From Candidatus Melainabacteria bacterium 17Bon1m (GTDB lineage Bacteria > Cyanobacteriota > Vampirovibrionia > Obscuribacterales > Obscuribacteraceae), in assembly GCA_032128875.1 (NCBI GenBank), contig JAVLKG010000013.1:1-64000 (forward strand): DNA of 64,000 bases. Direction: 5' to 3'. The first letter of the stretch is position 1; every line of letters begins with the position of its first letter. A program made the translations under genes and the position numbers. The notes beneath the pieces are model-generated. The model did no database searches, had not been told where the DNA came from, and was given only the letters and a program-made list of their open reading frames with translations. This document shows, one piece after another, positions 19,492 to 29,153 of the stretch.

Positions 19492-20100
19492 CTACTTCTT
19501 CGCCTTTTTCGAGCACTTGCAGTCGTGCTTCTTACCGTTCTTCTTGCCCTTTTTGTTTTTCTTGTGCTTCTTGGAGCACTTGCACTTCTTTGACTTCGGC
19601 TTGTCTTCAGCCTTGGGCTGCGTCTTGTCTGCGGTCTTGGCCGGCGCATTTTCTTCGCCCTTGCCATGCGCTTCGCCGTCGCATGCGACACAGTAGTCGC
19701 TGAGCTTCGGCTTAACGACGGTGCCATCTTCCTTTGTGCCGACCGGAATCTTGATGCCTTTGGCATCAACCGCGACGTAAGTCGCCTCCGCTTCGGTGAC
19801 CTGAATGATTTCGCCGCCGCGATTGACCTCCACACGAATCTTCGTGGTGATCGAGGTCTTGCCGATCTTGACGATGTCCGCCCAGCAAATGAGCAGGTCG
19901 CCGCGCAGAACGGGCTTCTTGAAGATGACCGAATCCATCGCCACCGTCACCACGCGACCAGGGTGTGCCTGGCGCGCGGCGATAGCGCCGGCGATGTCGA
20001 TCTTGGAGAGCAGAACCCCGCCGAAGATGTTGCCGGACGGATTTTCGTGCTCGGGCATCATCAGTTCGACCAGGGAGGGACATTTAGCTTTCGCTTCCAT
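19492..20100 (-). CDS. hotdog-fold acyl-CoA thioesterase with Lys/Cys-rich tail
   Basis: NPSGNIFGG, VVTV, FKKPV..GD, GKTS, TYVAVD. Confidence 0.88.
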   Translation of the reverse strand: MEAKAKCPSLVELMMPEHENPSGNIFGGVLLSKIDIAGAIAARQAHPGRVVTVAMDSVIFKKPVLRGDLLICWADIVKIGKTSITTKIRVEVNRGGEIIQVTEAEATYVAVDAKGIKIPVGTKEDGTVVKPKLSDYCVACDGEAHGKGEENAPAKTADKTQPKAEDKPKSKKCKCSKKHKKNKKGKKNGKKHDCKCSKKAKK

Positions 20101-20878
20101 GAGAATCTCCTGAAAGAGTTATGGGACCGGAGCTGCATCCGCAGCAAGGTTTTCCCATCGAGTTAGAAAAATCTGGAGAGAAACGCACGCACAGACGCCG
20201 CGTGGGAACAGCCGTGCGGCGGCGCCCGAGGGCACGAGCAGTCAGCTCGGCAGCATCAGGAACGCCTTCAAATGACGCGTTACCGTTTTTGCCTGCTGAG
20301 TTTTTGCCGCTATCGCGATGGTTGGAGAACTCGTGAAACGGCAGCCGATGCTTCGGCTTCACCGCTTCGTCATACCAACCACCGTAATAGTCGGGGTACA
20401 GCTCGCCCGTGTTTGATGTGACCGCCTTGCGCATCGCCTTGAGGATGGCAGGCCGACCTCCGCGCTTGTAACGGCGCAGCCAGGAGAGCGAGTGGTCATC
20501 AACTTTCAGTCCAAGCTTTACCAGCTCAGCTGTGACCTTCACCTCGTGCACAATGCAGTCGGTTTCGGCGTTGAGATTGAACTCGATAAACTCCTGGCGC
20601 CCCATTGTGCGCGGGATTGGGTCGGGCGTCGGCTTGACGATCATGTGCACTTTCTCGTGCGCCAGAGCAATGAGCTTCTGCGCAATCGAACAGTGCGTTC
20701 CCAGATAGATGGTCATGCGCTTGCGCATCGAATAAGCTTGGCAGTGCTTGCCTTCGCCCGTCACCTTGCGAATCTTCACGCCGTGCTGTCTGAGCTCGTC
20801 GAGATCCGCAACCAAGGTCGGGCACTGCGCAAGCGTGTCTGCGAACTTATGACCGAATTGTTTGCGTAGTTTTTCCAT
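20084..20878 (-). CDS. hypothetical protein with HExxH metallopeptidase-like motif
   Basis: LAHEKVH with a downstream E; ATG overlaps the upstream stop (TAATG). Confidence 0.75.
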   Translation of the reverse strand: MEKLRKQFGHKFADTLAQCPTLVADLDELRQHGVKIRKVTGEGKHCQAYSMRKRMTIYLGTHCSIAQKLIALAHEKVHMIVKPTPDPIPRTMGRQEFIEFNLNAETDCIVHEVKVTAELVKLGLKVDDHSLSWLRRYKRGGRPAILKAMRKAVTSNTGELYPDYYGGWYDEAVKPKHRLPFHEFSNHRDSGKNSAGKNGNASFEGVPDAAELTARALGRRRTAVPTRRLCVRFSPDFSNSMGKPCCGCSSGPITLSGDSHGSES

Positions 20879-22443
20879 TACCGCCCCCTTAAGTCTTTGA
20901 CCTCCTTGACCAGGCGCACGAGGTCGGTGAGCGACGTCGTAGCATTGGTTTCGGAAGCTTCTTTCTGAGAAGGCAGGCACAGGAGGCACTGGCTGTCGTA
21001 GATGTCAGCCAACGCTTGAATCCCTGTCGCCTGAATGCGCTGCGCGATTGCCGCGAAGTCGCGTTTTGCCGATGCCCGTTCAACTGCCATGAGTGATGCC
21101 GAAACGATATGCCGTGCATCGACGATGATGTCGACATTGGCGTCGCCCTTTTCGAGTTGCTGGCTGACCTCGCGAACGAGCTGTTCATCAGTCTCCGTCC
21201 AGGTCATCACGTCAGTGAGCGACTGTTGGGAGAGTGAGGGAAGCTTTGACTTGAGCACGGCATCTGCCACCGTGGGCAGTATCGCGCGCAAATCGGCGAG
21301 CGGCATGTCGAGAACGTAAGAGCCTGACTTTCTCAGCCAGGAGACGTGTGTGGGGAGTGTGCCGCCCATGATGGCGATGAGGCGCTCGTGCAGAGCCGCA
21401 GCGTAAACGGAGGCGTCCTTGATTGGCAGTTTGCGAACCATCTCGATGGTCAGCATCACCCGAACAAGGTCCATCGGATACTCGGCGAAGCCCGTCTGCG
21501 AGTCGTATTCCGACGTCGTCGACAAGCCGCCGTTGTGCCGCGAACCAGAAAGCAGAAGCATTCCGGCATCGACGAAAAGCGGACCCATGTTGATGAGACC
21601 GGCGGCGTCAGCGGAGATTTCCGCAACCCACGCACCGAACAACTCGCACATGAAGTCCCGCGTCGACATCGTCTTCTGCTCGCCCAGTAAGCCCGAAAAG
21701 AAAGTCTTCCCGCGCGCCGGCAGAGCAACCGACTGAGTCGCCGTCTTCACTTTCTTCTCGTTGAACGCCTTCGCGACAGCCGAGCGGATCGCCTTCTGGA
21801 TGTCGGACTGCAGCCCGTCGATGAGATTGTGAATGCCGTGACCAGCCACCTCGTGACCGTCGGCAAGCCAGAGCGGCAGGCAGGTAGCCTGAGCAACGGG
21901 CTTGGCGATGATGGTGAGTGGCAGCTCGCGAGTGGCTCCCAGGGCGTAGGGTCCGCTCTGGTCGACTGTAAAAAACGCCAGCGGGTCGAGGTCGGGATAG
22001 AGCAACTTCAGCTTGGTCGCCGAGGTGATTTGCTCGTCTTCGACAAAGCGGCGGAAAAGGTTGCTGGTGAGGGCGATGAACGCCTTCAGCTCCTTCTGAT
22101 ACTTCGAACCGGACAGCTGCACAATCGGTGCGGCCAAAACGGTGAAGACAGATTCCAGCTGCTGGAAGACCGCTTGCCGACGAGCAGTTGCTCGCGGACC
22201 AAGTGGCTTCAGTGCTTCCTCGGCTTGCAGGAGCGCGGCGTTGAGAACATCAACGTAAGGCTTCTGGTAGCGTGCAGGGAGGAATTGCCGGCCGTTTTCG
22301 ATTGCTGACTTGAACGCTTCCAGGCGATGGGCGCCGCGGAACGGTTCTGGCAACGTGGACGGGCGCGACAAGGCGCTGGAAATGTACTTAGACATAACCG
22401 GGTGTGAGCCCAGTGGTATGAGTTTATCCATGTTCAACTCCAT
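20878..22443 (-). CDS. hypothetical protein, divergent M48-like metallopeptidase
   Basis: GHEVAGH, EISADAAG, YPMDLVR appear in M48 motif order. Confidence 0.75.
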   Translation of the reverse strand: MELNMDKLIPLGSHPVMSKYISSALSRPSTLPEPFRGAHRLEAFKSAIENGRQFLPARYQKPYVDVLNAALLQAEEALKPLGPRATARRQAVFQQLESVFTVLAAPIVQLSGSKYQKELKAFIALTSNLFRRFVEDEQITSATKLKLLYPDLDPLAFFTVDQSGPYALGATRELPLTIIAKPVAQATCLPLWLADGHEVAGHGIHNLIDGLQSDIQKAIRSAVAKAFNEKKVKTATQSVALPARGKTFFSGLLGEQKTMSTRDFMCELFGAWVAEISADAAGLINMGPLFVDAGMLLLSGSRHNGGLSTTSEYDSQTGFAEYPMDLVRVMLTIEMVRKLPIKDASVYAAALHERLIAIMGGTLPTHVSWLRKSGSYVLDMPLADLRAILPTVADAVLKSKLPSLSQQSLTDVMTWTETDEQLVREVSQQLEKGDANVDIIVDARHIVSASLMAVERASAKRDFAAIAQRIQATGIQALADIYDSQCLLCLPSQKEASETNATTSLTDLVRLVKEVKDLRGR

Positions 22444-22641
22444 ATTTCGCCTGCCCGACCACGCGCAACGAGGTCAAGACAGAACGGGACGCCTAGGCTC
22501 GCTCGATAAGCTCTTCGGCTGAAAGATGTTTTCGGCCTATCAGAAAAAACTTCTGACTTAAGAGCTAAAGAGTGGCTAGGGGCTTGGGCTTTGAGAACGA
22601 AAGAGTTTTTTGAAAAACTGACTGAAGAGAATTAGGCATAT

Positions 22642-22671
22642 AACCTACTGTTGGTCTTGAATTCAAAACAA
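22642..22671 (-). promoter_or_regulatory. putative promoter
   Basis: minus strand TTGTTT-N18-TAGGTT. Confidence 0.45.
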
Positions 22672-22952
22672 GATAAATAGCGGAGATACACTATTTCTAA
22701 ATGCGGATGTCATGAGCCTTTTGATTGCCAAGATGGAGAATCGCGCAGGTGGTGCAGTCTCTAATCAGTCTCGTAAACCCTTTGTACCAGGCTGTTTAGA
22801 AACTCTGTTGTTGTCATGGGTTTGCAGCGTTTGCCTCTGTTTTTATTGTCATGGGGTGCTTCGTTTGCCTCTAGCGCGGCTCGGCTGTCTAGTGCTCGTC
22901 CAGCTTGCGCAGAAAAGCCTATAAAAGCAGGTGTTTCTTATGTTTCAAGCAC

Positions 22953-22982
22953 TTGAGTTTTATGTATGCGCTCTTCTAAGTT
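22953..22982 (+). promoter_or_regulatory. putative promoter
   Basis: TTGAGT-N18-TAAGTT then a pyrimidine-rich leader. Confidence 0.55.
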
Positions 22983-23184
22983 TTGCTTATTACTCTTCAC
23001 CATCTCCTCGGCATCTCAACTAACCCGGTAACTCGCCCTCCTTTCACTTCACCTGTATTTACGACACCACATCTGGTGCCGGGGATCTTGCCGTGAAGGA
23101 AATTGTCGTTGCCTGTCGAAGTAAGAAACGTTAGGACGCTGTGTATGCGCCCTTCAATGCCGAACAGTCCACCAGGAGATAAAC

Positions 23185-23901
23185 ATGATCGACAGCAATA
23201 AAAAATACCTGGTTGTGGCTCGCCACGGTCAGTCCTTTGCCAACCGGCGTTTGAAGAAAGAAAAGAACGGCATCAAGTATTCGCTGGCCGGCTCTGACGC
23301 TTCAATCGGTTTGACGGCGCGCGGCAAAAACCAAGCTCGCAATAGCGGCAACAAGCTTCAGTCCCTCTTCTTCGGGGAGAATCGCTTTCGCCGCATGTAC
23401 GCAAATCGATTCGAGCGTGTTCGCCAGAGCGGTCGCCTGATGCGCTCGCGCTTCGACTATTCCGTCGAATGCGTCGAGGACAAGCGGCTCGAAAAGCGCA
23501 GCTACGGTGTCTTCTGGAATCTCACGTATCGCGGTGTGCAAGAGCTGTACCCCGACGAGTACGCGATCTTTCAGGCGCTCGGACCGCTGCGTTATCGTCC
23601 GCCCGGCGGAGAGAACTACAACGATCTCTTCGAGCGCGTGGAAAACTTCTGCGATGAAGAGGCGCTTGTGTCCTTCGAAGGCAACCAACTTGTCGTCACG
23701 AGTTCTGCCGTCATGCTCGCTTTCCGCCGGCTTTACGCTGGTTTGAAAGACGCCGAGCTGGTCGAGATGTATGAAAACATGCATATCGGCAACGGTGATT
23801 TCGACGTCTACGAGTTCGACGAACAGTTGGGCACGTGGAAGTTGAAATACATCTACGCCTGCAAATTTGCCGGTCGCCCTCAAGCGTTCCGCGCAGCATA
23901 A
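23185..23901 (+). CDS. histidine phosphatase (PGM family)
   Basis: ARHGQS, LT..G..QA, R..QS, RPPGGEN; the usual second catalytic His reads VTSS. Confidence 0.85.
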   Translation: MIDSNKKYLVVARHGQSFANRRLKKEKNGIKYSLAGSDASIGLTARGKNQARNSGNKLQSLFFGENRFRRMYANRFERVRQSGRLMRSRFDYSVECVEDKRLEKRSYGVFWNLTYRGVQELYPDEYAIFQALGPLRYRPPGGENYNDLFERVENFCDEEALVSFEGNQLVVTSSAVMLAFRRLYAGLKDAELVEMYENMHIGNGDFDVYEFDEQLGTWKLKYIYACKFAGRPQAFRAA

Positions 23902-24020
23902 AGCAGCCACAAAATGAAATCCTTTCATGACCGGGTCCGCGCAAAGTTGGCTTAACCGCTGCCTTTCCACGGACCCGGTCTCTTCCTAAGCGTTTTCCAT
24001 TTTCCTCTTTGTCGTTTGAA

Positions 24021-24037
24021 TACTAAAAAGGGTAGTA
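24021..24037. other. 3'-end spaced palindrome, copy F (perfect)
   Basis: TACTA-aaaaggg-TAGTA. Confidence 0.85.
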
Positions 24038-24212
24038 AGAATTGACGCTGTACGTGTTGCGTGCTACACCTGCTGGAGAGGACTTTGAAAATGTCGAAAA
24101 CGATTCGAGCGAGTTCTGGCTTAATCTACAGTCGAACTATGAAATTGCGATGCTCGACTACACGGGCGAAAGAGATAGAATTTGCAGTGAAACTCGCCAA
24201 CTTGCCTAGTCA

Positions 24213-25685
24213 ATGAAGCTGAAGATAGAGCTGGATAGACAATCAGAGACGCCGTTGCACCGGCAGTTGTACGACAAGATGACCGTCCTCATCTTGAGCG
24301 GTGCTTTGGAGCCTGGTACCCGCTTGCCGGCAAGTCGCACTCTAGCTGAGGATCTTGGTGTTTCTCGCCCAACTGTAATTGCTTGTCTTGAGCAACTTGT
24401 TCAAGAAGGTTATATCGAAACCAAGCCGAATGCTGGAAGTTTTGTATCCAGTAATCTCAAGCAAGATACGCTAAAGAAAACTGTTCAAAAAGGCTCCAAG
24501 TCAAAGGGCGTATCCGTCGCTGACTACGAACTTTCTGCATACGGCAAGTTCATCGCTCGTGCGTCAGTCGCTGAAAAGACGCATGATGAGCCGGAAATTT
24601 CATTTTATTGTTGGCGACCAGCTCTCGATCAGTTTCCCCTCGCTGAATGGGCTAGAGTTCTTGGACGCCATACGCGAACATCAACAGCAGAGATGCTCGA
24701 TGCTGACTACGACCCGCAAGGACGCCTCGATTTGCGGGAAGCGCTCGCGAAATTGGTAAAGCGTTTTCGCCAAGTTTCGTGCCACCCAGATCAGATTTTT
24801 CCAGTGATGGGTTTGAATCAAGGTCTGGACATTGTCAGCCGTTTGCACCTCGACCAGGGAAGTGGAGTTGTCGTTGAAGAACCTGGATTTTTTCCTTCTG
24901 CATTCGAAGCGTGTGGTGCGCAGTTGTATCCCGTTGCCGTCGATGAAGAGGGCTTGCAGGTAAAACGTCTGCCAGAGCGACGAGGAAGAGATAATTTCGA
25001 CCTGGCGTACGTAACTCCGGCGCACCAATTTCCTTCGGGCGGTGTAATGCCATTGGCGCGGCGGCTCGAATTTTTGCAATGGGCGAGCGAATGTGGGACT
25101 TTGGTTCTTGAAGATGACTATGACAGCGAGTATCAAGACAGTGGGCAGCCCATTCCGGCACTGATGAGTCTGGACCGAGAGCAGCGTGTTATCTACCTCG
25201 GCACGCTTAACCAGATCATGTTTCCATCTTTGGGATTTGGATATTTGATAGTTCCGCCTCGTCTGGTGCCGCTCTACAGAAGTGCGCGTAAGCTTGCGGG
25301 TGCGCAGTTTTCTCCGCAGTTTCAAGCTGCACTCGCGGAGTTTATCAGCGAAGGTTACTTAGATCGGCATGTGAAACGTTTGCGTTCGCTCTATCGTGAT
25401 CGTCGAGACGTATTAATCAGTGCGCTGGAGAAACGCTTCAAAGATAAGGTGGAGATTGGAGCCGGGCGCCGCGGAGTGTTTATCTCCGTGAAATTTGATC
25501 TTGATTTGGGTGATGAAGAGATTATCGAACGAGCTCAAAAAGTCGGAGTTGGATTGACTAGTGCCAGAGAGTTTTATCGCCGCAAAAAGACGACTGGTCA
25601 GTTCATCCTTGGTTTTGGAAATCTCAGCGAAAAACAGATCGAAAAGGGCGTGCAGAAGTTGGCGATAGCTCTGCTGTCTGCGTAG
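24213..25685 (+). CDS. MocR/GabR-type GntR regulator with PLP aminotransferase domain
   Basis: LPASRTLAEDLGVSR wHTH; VTPAHQFPSG, EDDYDSE; PLP-lysine region reads GTLNQ. Confidence 0.92.
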   Translation: MKLKIELDRQSETPLHRQLYDKMTVLILSGALEPGTRLPASRTLAEDLGVSRPTVIACLEQLVQEGYIETKPNAGSFVSSNLKQDTLKKTVQKGSKSKGVSVADYELSAYGKFIARASVAEKTHDEPEISFYCWRPALDQFPLAEWARVLGRHTRTSTAEMLDADYDPQGRLDLREALAKLVKRFRQVSCHPDQIFPVMGLNQGLDIVSRLHLDQGSGVVVEEPGFFPSAFEACGAQLYPVAVDEEGLQVKRLPERRGRDNFDLAYVTPAHQFPSGGVMPLARRLEFLQWASECGTLVLEDDYDSEYQDSGQPIPALMSLDREQRVIYLGTLNQIMFPSLGFGYLIVPPRLVPLYRSARKLAGAQFSPQFQAALAEFISEGYLDRHVKRLRSLYRDRRDVLISALEKRFKDKVEIGAGRRGVFISVKFDLDLGDEEIIERAQKVGVGLTSAREFYRRKKTTGQFILGFGNLSEKQIEKGVQKLAIALLSA

Positions 25686-25982
25686 AACGTAGAAACTTGG
25701 CAAAGGGTGTCAGACTGTTTCGCGCTTAACAGTTGGTAATATTGTTACGTCAAAATGAAACGAAATGACCTTACCAATTTTGCCGATTCTCGAAATTCGA
25801 CTTTTCTGATTGCCAATGCTAGCTGTGATAGTTGTGGTAAGTCGAAAAATCCAAAAAATACACATTCGACCTGTCCACGCCAATTTCCTTTGTCGTCACA
25901 TTTTCTTAGCCATTGCTGTCTCTGGCGTTGTTTCAGGCATTAACCGATTGGTCGACGAATGAAGTGGTTATCTATCACTCAT

Positions 25983-26011
25983 TTGTATCGAGCACAGGCC
26001 GAGATTAGGTT
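25983..26011 (+). promoter_or_regulatory. putative promoter of the MoxR operon
   Basis: TTGTAT-N17-TAGGTT. Confidence 0.5.
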
Positions 26012-26259
26012 CTATCTGTAAGTAATTTTTCTTCTTCCTTGCAGGCCCACCCGACCCTCAAAACATCAATACGCTCACTGTGCTCTGCTGCACACATTCT
26101 GCTTCCCGGCAGAAATAGCTGACCGGTGTTTAAGGGCAATTGGTGCGGTGCATGCATCGTGGGGCTTTAGAACGCGTTAAAAGCGCGAATCCTATGTTTT
26201 AGTCGGCGAGCCGCCGGCGCTCCCAAAAGAAGAATGTAACTCCAGAAAAGGAGAACCTG

Positions 26260-27342
26260 ATGAACTTACACAACCTGCAAACTAAGTTGGGAATGAGCCT
26301 GGCTGGTTTGGCAATTGTAGTTGCGGTTGGGTTTTTCGCACTCAAGGTGGACGAACAGTCGCCTCAAGTCGGTGGACCCGACATACCGCAAACTCCGTCG
26401 ACTTACACGGAGGTCATGCCTGAAGAAAGCGGTGAGCTCTATCGCATTCATGTAAGAGACGCAGCCGGCACTGAGACTCAAGTCCATATCAAATTCTTGG
26501 ACGGGTCGCTGGGCTTGCTAAAGCTCTACCCTGACGGTGATACGAAGGAAGAGGTTCGCCTCTTTCACGATAAATCGGTCCGTAAGCAAGCCTCATTTGA
26601 TGCGCACGGACAAGTCACCGAAGGATTTGAATATCGCACCAATAGAACTCTGGTTTGGAAGGCGTTTCCCTACGGCGCTGGTAAAACCGTGACCCAATCG
26701 TTTTGGCCAAACGGCCGCCCATTTTTGGAACGTACATACGATCCGGAAAGGAAAACGACTGCGGTTAAGTTTTTCCGCGACAACGGTGCCATCTGGCAAG
26801 AGACGGTGACCGTCGGAGATGACGTGCTCACGAATCTGCGCTGGTATGACGAAAACACGCGTCTGCGCGTGATTTACTCGGTGGTCTACAGTGACGACTC
26901 TGTTCCTAAAATTCAGGTGCTTTACCTGAACGCTGACGGCACGCCGGACTTCGATCAGCAGTACGGTTATACAGCCGATTACTATTATGATCCCGCCAGT
27001 GGTGTTCCCAATCCCAATCGACTCGTCGTTAAAAGTGTCGGCGTGTACGATGACGCAAAACTCGTCGGTCGCGTGTATCTGTCGAATTCCGGCAGAGTAC
27101 AGATGATCGATAAATATCGCGCCGATGGAAACACCAATCGCTCGCACGTTCAGTCCACGGGCATGATCACGCTCAAAGAGCAGATTTCGCCCACCGGCAG
27201 TCGCAGCTCGCAATATGACTTCGACGGGAATTTCGGCATGGCGCCGCCTCTCGAAGAGCGTTTTCGTGTGCCGCTTCCCGACCGGACCGTTCCATTCAAA
27301 CAATTCGAAGACGCTGAAAAGGCTTTTCGAGACGAACAATGA
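26260..27342 (+). CDS. membrane-anchored protein with MORN-variant/YwqK-like repeats
   Basis: N-terminal TM; repeats YPDG, FWPNG, FRDNG, YRADG; AGGAG RBS. Confidence 0.75.
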   Translation: MNLHNLQTKLGMSLAGLAIVVAVGFFALKVDEQSPQVGGPDIPQTPSTYTEVMPEESGELYRIHVRDAAGTETQVHIKFLDGSLGLLKLYPDGDTKEEVRLFHDKSVRKQASFDAHGQVTEGFEYRTNRTLVWKAFPYGAGKTVTQSFWPNGRPFLERTYDPERKTTAVKFFRDNGAIWQETVTVGDDVLTNLRWYDENTRLRVIYSVVYSDDSVPKIQVLYLNADGTPDFDQQYGYTADYYYDPASGVPNPNRLVVKSVGVYDDAKLVGRVYLSNSGRVQMIDKYRADGNTNRSHVQSTGMITLKEQISPTGSRSSQYDFDGNFGMAPPLEERFRVPLPDRTVPFKQFEDAEKAFRDEQ

Positions 27343-27366
27343 CAGTAAAAGAGAAAGGAGTGAAGC

Positions 27367-28371
27367 ATGCATAATCTATTTGCAGCGCTTTCCGATTTCG
27401 CTACTGTCCTTGTGACAGTGCGATTTTTGGCAGGGGCAATGCTTGCCCTTGTCTTTCTATCGATCGGCATGACGATGATAAGACGCTGGCGACAACCGGC
27501 AGAGCTTGTCACTTCGCTGTCGATTCAGAAGAATCTGCCGCGCTACTCTATCGTCGGAATGGTTTCTCAATTCCTATTCCTTTCGGCGATGCTCTCGATC
27601 AACCTCTGGTTGGCCGAGCCCGTGATCCCCGTTTTCAACGAAACGAGGACACTAGAGACGCGCGACATATTCATTGCAGTCGACAAATCCGGCTCAATGG
27701 ACTCGCCGATTCTCGATGCGGATGGCAATTCGCAAGGACGAAAAATCGAGGCAGCCGCACAGGCGGTGAAGTTCTTTGTCGGCGGAAGAAAAGGAGACCG
27801 AATCGGGCTTGCTGTCTTCGACGACAATACATACCTGCACTGGCCTATGACTGACAATCTTCAGATCATCCTGAAGAAAGCTGACTTGATTTCGTCCTAT
27901 GCAAGCGGTGGCACCAACTTCGAATCGCCGACCGGGCCTATCCAGACCGCTATCGATCACTGGAAAGCGTACGGTAAGGCGAAATCGAAAGTGCTGATTA
28001 TGGTCAGCGACGGTGAAGCGCCCATCAGCGAAGAGCGGATGGCGGCGCTGACGAAACAAATGAAAGAGCTGGGCGGAAAGCTTTATCTGATTGGTATTGG
28101 GGAAACCTGGACCGATGTCGGAAAAGCTGATGAATCGCAGGTTAAAGCGATCAAGCAATTGGTCGAAAACCTGAACGGCAAGATTTTCGCAGCGGCAGAC
28201 AAAGAGCAGATGCTTGATGCTGTGCGCACGATCGATGAGCTGGAGAAGTCGAACGTTGATGTTGAGGTGACAACCACCTATCGTGATGTTTCGATTTGGT
28301 TCGGCTTTCTTGCCTTGTTCTGCCTCTTGCTCTTCTTCTTGAGCGTCGCTCTCACCGGCGAACGCCCGTGA
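27367..28371 (+). CDS. VWA-domain membrane protein (BatA/MxaC-like)
   Basis: MIDAS DKSGS..T..DG; DRIGLAVF; TM segments at both ends. Confidence 0.88.
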   Translation: MHNLFAALSDFATVLVTVRFLAGAMLALVFLSIGMTMIRRWRQPAELVTSLSIQKNLPRYSIVGMVSQFLFLSAMLSINLWLAEPVIPVFNETRTLETRDIFIAVDKSGSMDSPILDADGNSQGRKIEAAAQAVKFFVGGRKGDRIGLAVFDDNTYLHWPMTDNLQIILKKADLISSYASGGTNFESPTGPIQTAIDHWKAYGKAKSKVLIMVSDGEAPISEERMAALTKQMKELGGKLYLIGIGETWTDVGKADESQVKAIKQLVENLNGKIFAAADKEQMLDAVRTIDELEKSNVDVEVTTTYRDVSIWFGFLALFCLLLFFLSVALTGERP

Positions 28372-28375
28372 ATTG

Positions 28376-28488
28376 GCGCGCCGGCGGCTCGCCGATGTCC
28401 TGGGAGCGCCGGCGGCTCGCCGGCACCGGGCGATGCAAGTCATGACTTCAGCTCAGGAAAATTCAGGGCGCGTGCAACGCGCCCCCAC
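28376..28488. repeat. cluster of REP-like palindromes
   Basis: GCCGGCGGCTCGCCG x2 (inverse copy at 26202) and GGGCGCGTGCAACGCGCCCCCAC (copy at 38283). Confidence 0.7.
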
Positions 28489-28512
28489 GCTCATCATGGA
28501 AAGGAAAACGCT

Positions 28513-29142
28513 ATGAAACCAATTAAGAGTTGGTTCGAGTTGGGAGCGCTTGTTGGTTGCTTCTTGCTCGGTGCATCAATGCTCTTTGCCGGACATACAT
28601 TGGCGACCTTGCAGTCGCCGCAAATCCGGCTCTACAACGAAGGTTTGAGTCTCTACAGTGAGGCTCTGAAAGACCCGATGAAAATCGATGCTGCAATTCT
28701 GGCATTCGATCTGAGTCTCGACGATTACACTGCGGCGGAAAACCGCGGTGTGCTCGAATCCTGGGTCTACCCCTCGCGTTCGCACGAGGTGGCCGCGCTT
28801 GCTTACAGCAAGAAGGCTGTTCTACTCCTCTACAAAGACAAAGCCGAAGATGCTGTTCGCGCATTCAAAATGAGCATCAGCATCAACTCCGGTGTTGTCG
28901 ATCCTGACTTGATCGCGCTAACCATGCCCGACAAAGAGTACACCCAGGAAGAAATCGCACGACTGGCTGCGCAAGCGCATGTCTCGATTCACAACCTGGA
29001 GATGCTCTTCGGCAAAAAGCCTGCACTCGCACAAACGCAAGGGCAGGGGCAGGGCAAGGGAAAGAATCAAGATCCAGATCAGGCTCCTGGCTCCAAACCC
29101 GCTCCGGGTGCTGGTAAGACCGGCGACCCTAACGCGATATAA
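28513..29142 (+). CDS. TPR-like membrane protein (BatC/MxaK-like)
   Basis: N-terminal TM, YNEG, HNLE, G/Q/P-rich tail. Confidence 0.75.
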   Translation: MKPIKSWFELGALVGCFLLGASMLFAGHTLATLQSPQIRLYNEGLSLYSEALKDPMKIDAAILAFDLSLDDYTAAENRGVLESWVYPSRSHEVAALAYSKKAVLLLYKDKAEDAVRAFKMSISINSGVVDPDLIALTMPDKEYTQEEIARLAAQAHVSIHNLEMLFGKKPALAQTQGQGQGKGKNQDPDQAPGSKPAPGAGKTGDPNAI

Positions 29143-29153
29143 AGGAGGGTGCC

